Source: Azolla caroliniana (lineage: Eukaryota; Plantae; Polypodiophyta). From it: a stretch of DNA of 64,000 nucleotides. The translations under genes were made by a program, and so were the position numbers. A model generated the notes under the pieces. The model worked only from the letters and a program-made list of their open reading frames with translations, was not told where the DNA came from and ran no database searches. Shown here piece after piece: positions 62,101 to 64,000 of the stretch. Position 1 is the stretch's first letter. The number at the start of each line of letters is the position of its first letter. The stretch is taken from positions 16,678,001 to 16,742,000 of the forward strand of contig JBHGNT010000017.1 of the NCBI GenBank assembly GCA_043228905.1, read 5' to 3'.

Positions 62101-63028
62101 GACGCTGCCTTCTCTTATTGGGCTCTGAGGACGGTGTTGAACGTTTCTTAACCTTAGGCCTAACTAAATCTTCGCCTTCATGTTGCTTTCTTGCATCTGG
62201 TTGACCACTAGGGGTGATCCCGCCCACCTTAAGCTTTAGCTTAGGAAGTAGTGAATGACCATCTCCTCCACTAGTCTCATTTTCATATCCTACTGACTTG
62301 AGTGATGATACACTACCTTTGCTTCTTTGGTTGTTACCTTGAATATAACCACCTGCTATACCCTCATTTTGAAGATTATCTATTGGGTTTTCATGATCAT
62401 ATGAGGCAGCATTGTTCTTCTGGGCGTTTCCAGCAAGATGTTTCTCTAAACCATGTCTATTTCGTGACTTTGGATAGCCTTCTTTCAATTCAGAGCTTCG
62501 TCTTCCTTTGTCATAATCTCTTCTGTCACGCGCATAATCTCTACTACCATCCCGATCCTTACGACTGCTATCATGAATCCGCTCCTCTCTATCTCTCATT
62601 GAACTCTTATCTCTTGATAGATGATTTGACCTCGCTTCAAAACCCCTATCCTTTCTTGAATGATCTGATCGCGATGAAAATTGGCTTCCACTTTTTTCTT
62701 TTTGCTGAGGGTTCTTAGCATGATAATCCTCCTTCTCTTTCCGAGAGAAAGGCTCTTTATGATGATCCCTCTCTTTCCACTGCCTATCAGGCTTCTCAGA
62801 ATACTCTTTGATCTTCTTCATCCTTTCATGATATTCGGGGCTCCCTGCGTCTCTACCGAGGCTCTTCTCTACAGCTTCTGAATCTCTCCATATCTTTGCA
62901 TTTGCATTAGCTCTGCTTTCATGGAAGGAAGAAGGAGGAGGTGGAGGGAGAGGCCTCTCTTCTTCTCTCCTCTTCTCTCTTCTCTGAAAGATCTTCACTT
63001 CGTTCTGATCTTCTTCCATATCTCCCAT
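59143..63028 (-). CDS. INO80B: INO80 complex subunit B-like (Ies2/PAPA-1) protein with C-terminal HIT-type zinc finger, 6 exons
   Basis: Exons 63028-62090, 61484-60911, 60797-60697, 60361-60272, 59684-59560, ~59290-59143. Motifs KLKLKVGG, RKSARVPKKR, LTARQRAL, SIRWVMG, CAGPACTNTYKYRDSKTLIPLCSLQCYK. Start codon tentative. Confidence 0.85.
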
Positions 63029-63364
63029 CCTACTCTCTCTGTGAAGATCAACGGACTTCTCTAGAAAGAAAGTATAGAGAATACCTTGGAGAGAAGAGTC
63101 AGTGGTTTTGTTTTTCAATGGGAATGTCGGCGTTCAAGTTGAACAGAGTCCGAGCCAGGTTTCAGAGAACCTCCTGCAACACCATCAACGGGGCAGGGTG
63201 TTTCCTGCACGTTACCTACATAGCAGAATCCATGTTAGCACGAGTACAAAAAGAGAAGAAACAGAGGAAGACCTCTCAGAGAAAGCAGAAGAAGAAAAAG
63301 GGAGAAGGGGGAGGCGAAGAAGAACACCCTAATGATAATTCAGTGTTGTAGGAGGAAGAAAAGC

Positions 63365-63387
63365 TAGGGTTAGGGTTAGGGTTAGGG
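63365..63387. promoter_or_regulatory. (TTAGGG)-type telomere-like tract upstream of the INO80B-like gene
   Basis: TAGGGTTAGGGTTAGGGTTAGGG seen directly; regulatory role is inferred. Confidence 0.5.
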
Positions 63388-63439
63388 CTGGGATTAGGTT
63401 TGAATCAAGTATGTATGGGAAACAGGGTAGAGATGAGAA

Positions 63440-63597
63440 CATGGCCATGGCCATGGACATAGACATAGGCTATGGCTATGGCTAATACATACATATGTAC
63501 ATTATTATCTGTATATGTCTATGTCCATGGCCATGGTCATGGACATAGACATAGCCATGGCTATGGCTATGGCTAATACATACATACATTATTATCT
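63440..63597. repeat. Compound inverted/direct repeat
   Basis: CCATGGCCATGGACATAGACATA, its reverse complement, then a second direct copy with the same tail. Confidence 0.85.
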
Positions 63598-64000
63598 AGT
63601 CATCATGTTCTAATGAGAATTGGAAGGATTGATGTTGTATGAGATTAAGAGTCAAGGTTAGGGTTTCGAAACATGGGGTTAGGATTGGGCGTCCTACTTG
63701 CTTCCCGTATGAATTTCTTCACTCTTTCCCCGGCGCATTGGTTAACCTCTCAAAATTGTCACCCGTATGTTGGTTGTAGGGTCATCTCTTACATAGGAGC
63801 TTCGAACATCTTTCCCTTGCGTTGAGCTTCTCGTTCATGGTTGGTGTGACTAGCTTGAAAGTGTGTGGAGACTTTGGTCATCCATCGTGTGGGGGGGCTC
63901 ATGATAGCCTTAATTATGAGACTAGAGAAGAACAATTCCAATAATAACAAAGAGGTTTTCTGGCATTGTCATGTACATCAAATAATTTTGCTTTTTTTTG

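Overview
Land-plant nuclear DNA (spliceosomal introns, plant-type gene families, LTR and hAT elements); the species cannot be determined from the sequence alone. Eight host genes were reconstructed by hand from ORFs and splice sites: a DTW-domain tRNA aminocarboxypropyltransferase-like gene with a repeat insert (+), a GT34 xyloglucan xylosyltransferase-like gene (+), PTH2 (-), a SWAP70-like PH/coiled-coil gene (+), a plastid NusB-domain gene (+), a GEX3-like gene (-), a GT2-like/nucleotide-diphospho-sugar transferase gene (-) and an INO80B/Ies2-like gene (-). The most notable structure is an apparently intact 4.66-kb hAT transposon (perfect 11-bp TIRs, perfect 8-bp TSD, about 676-aa spliced transposase). 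It carries an antisense PPR gene fragment and is nested in a decayed Copia element. Three hAT MITE families are also present, with copies close upstream of three host genes. Other observations include a probable U12 intron, a GC-AG intron, a MITE-interrupted organellar rRNA insertion, a tRNA-derived SINE family, a triplicated RVxF-like motif in the GEX3 tail and several promoter tandem repeats. Family names rest on recalled motifs; no database search was run.
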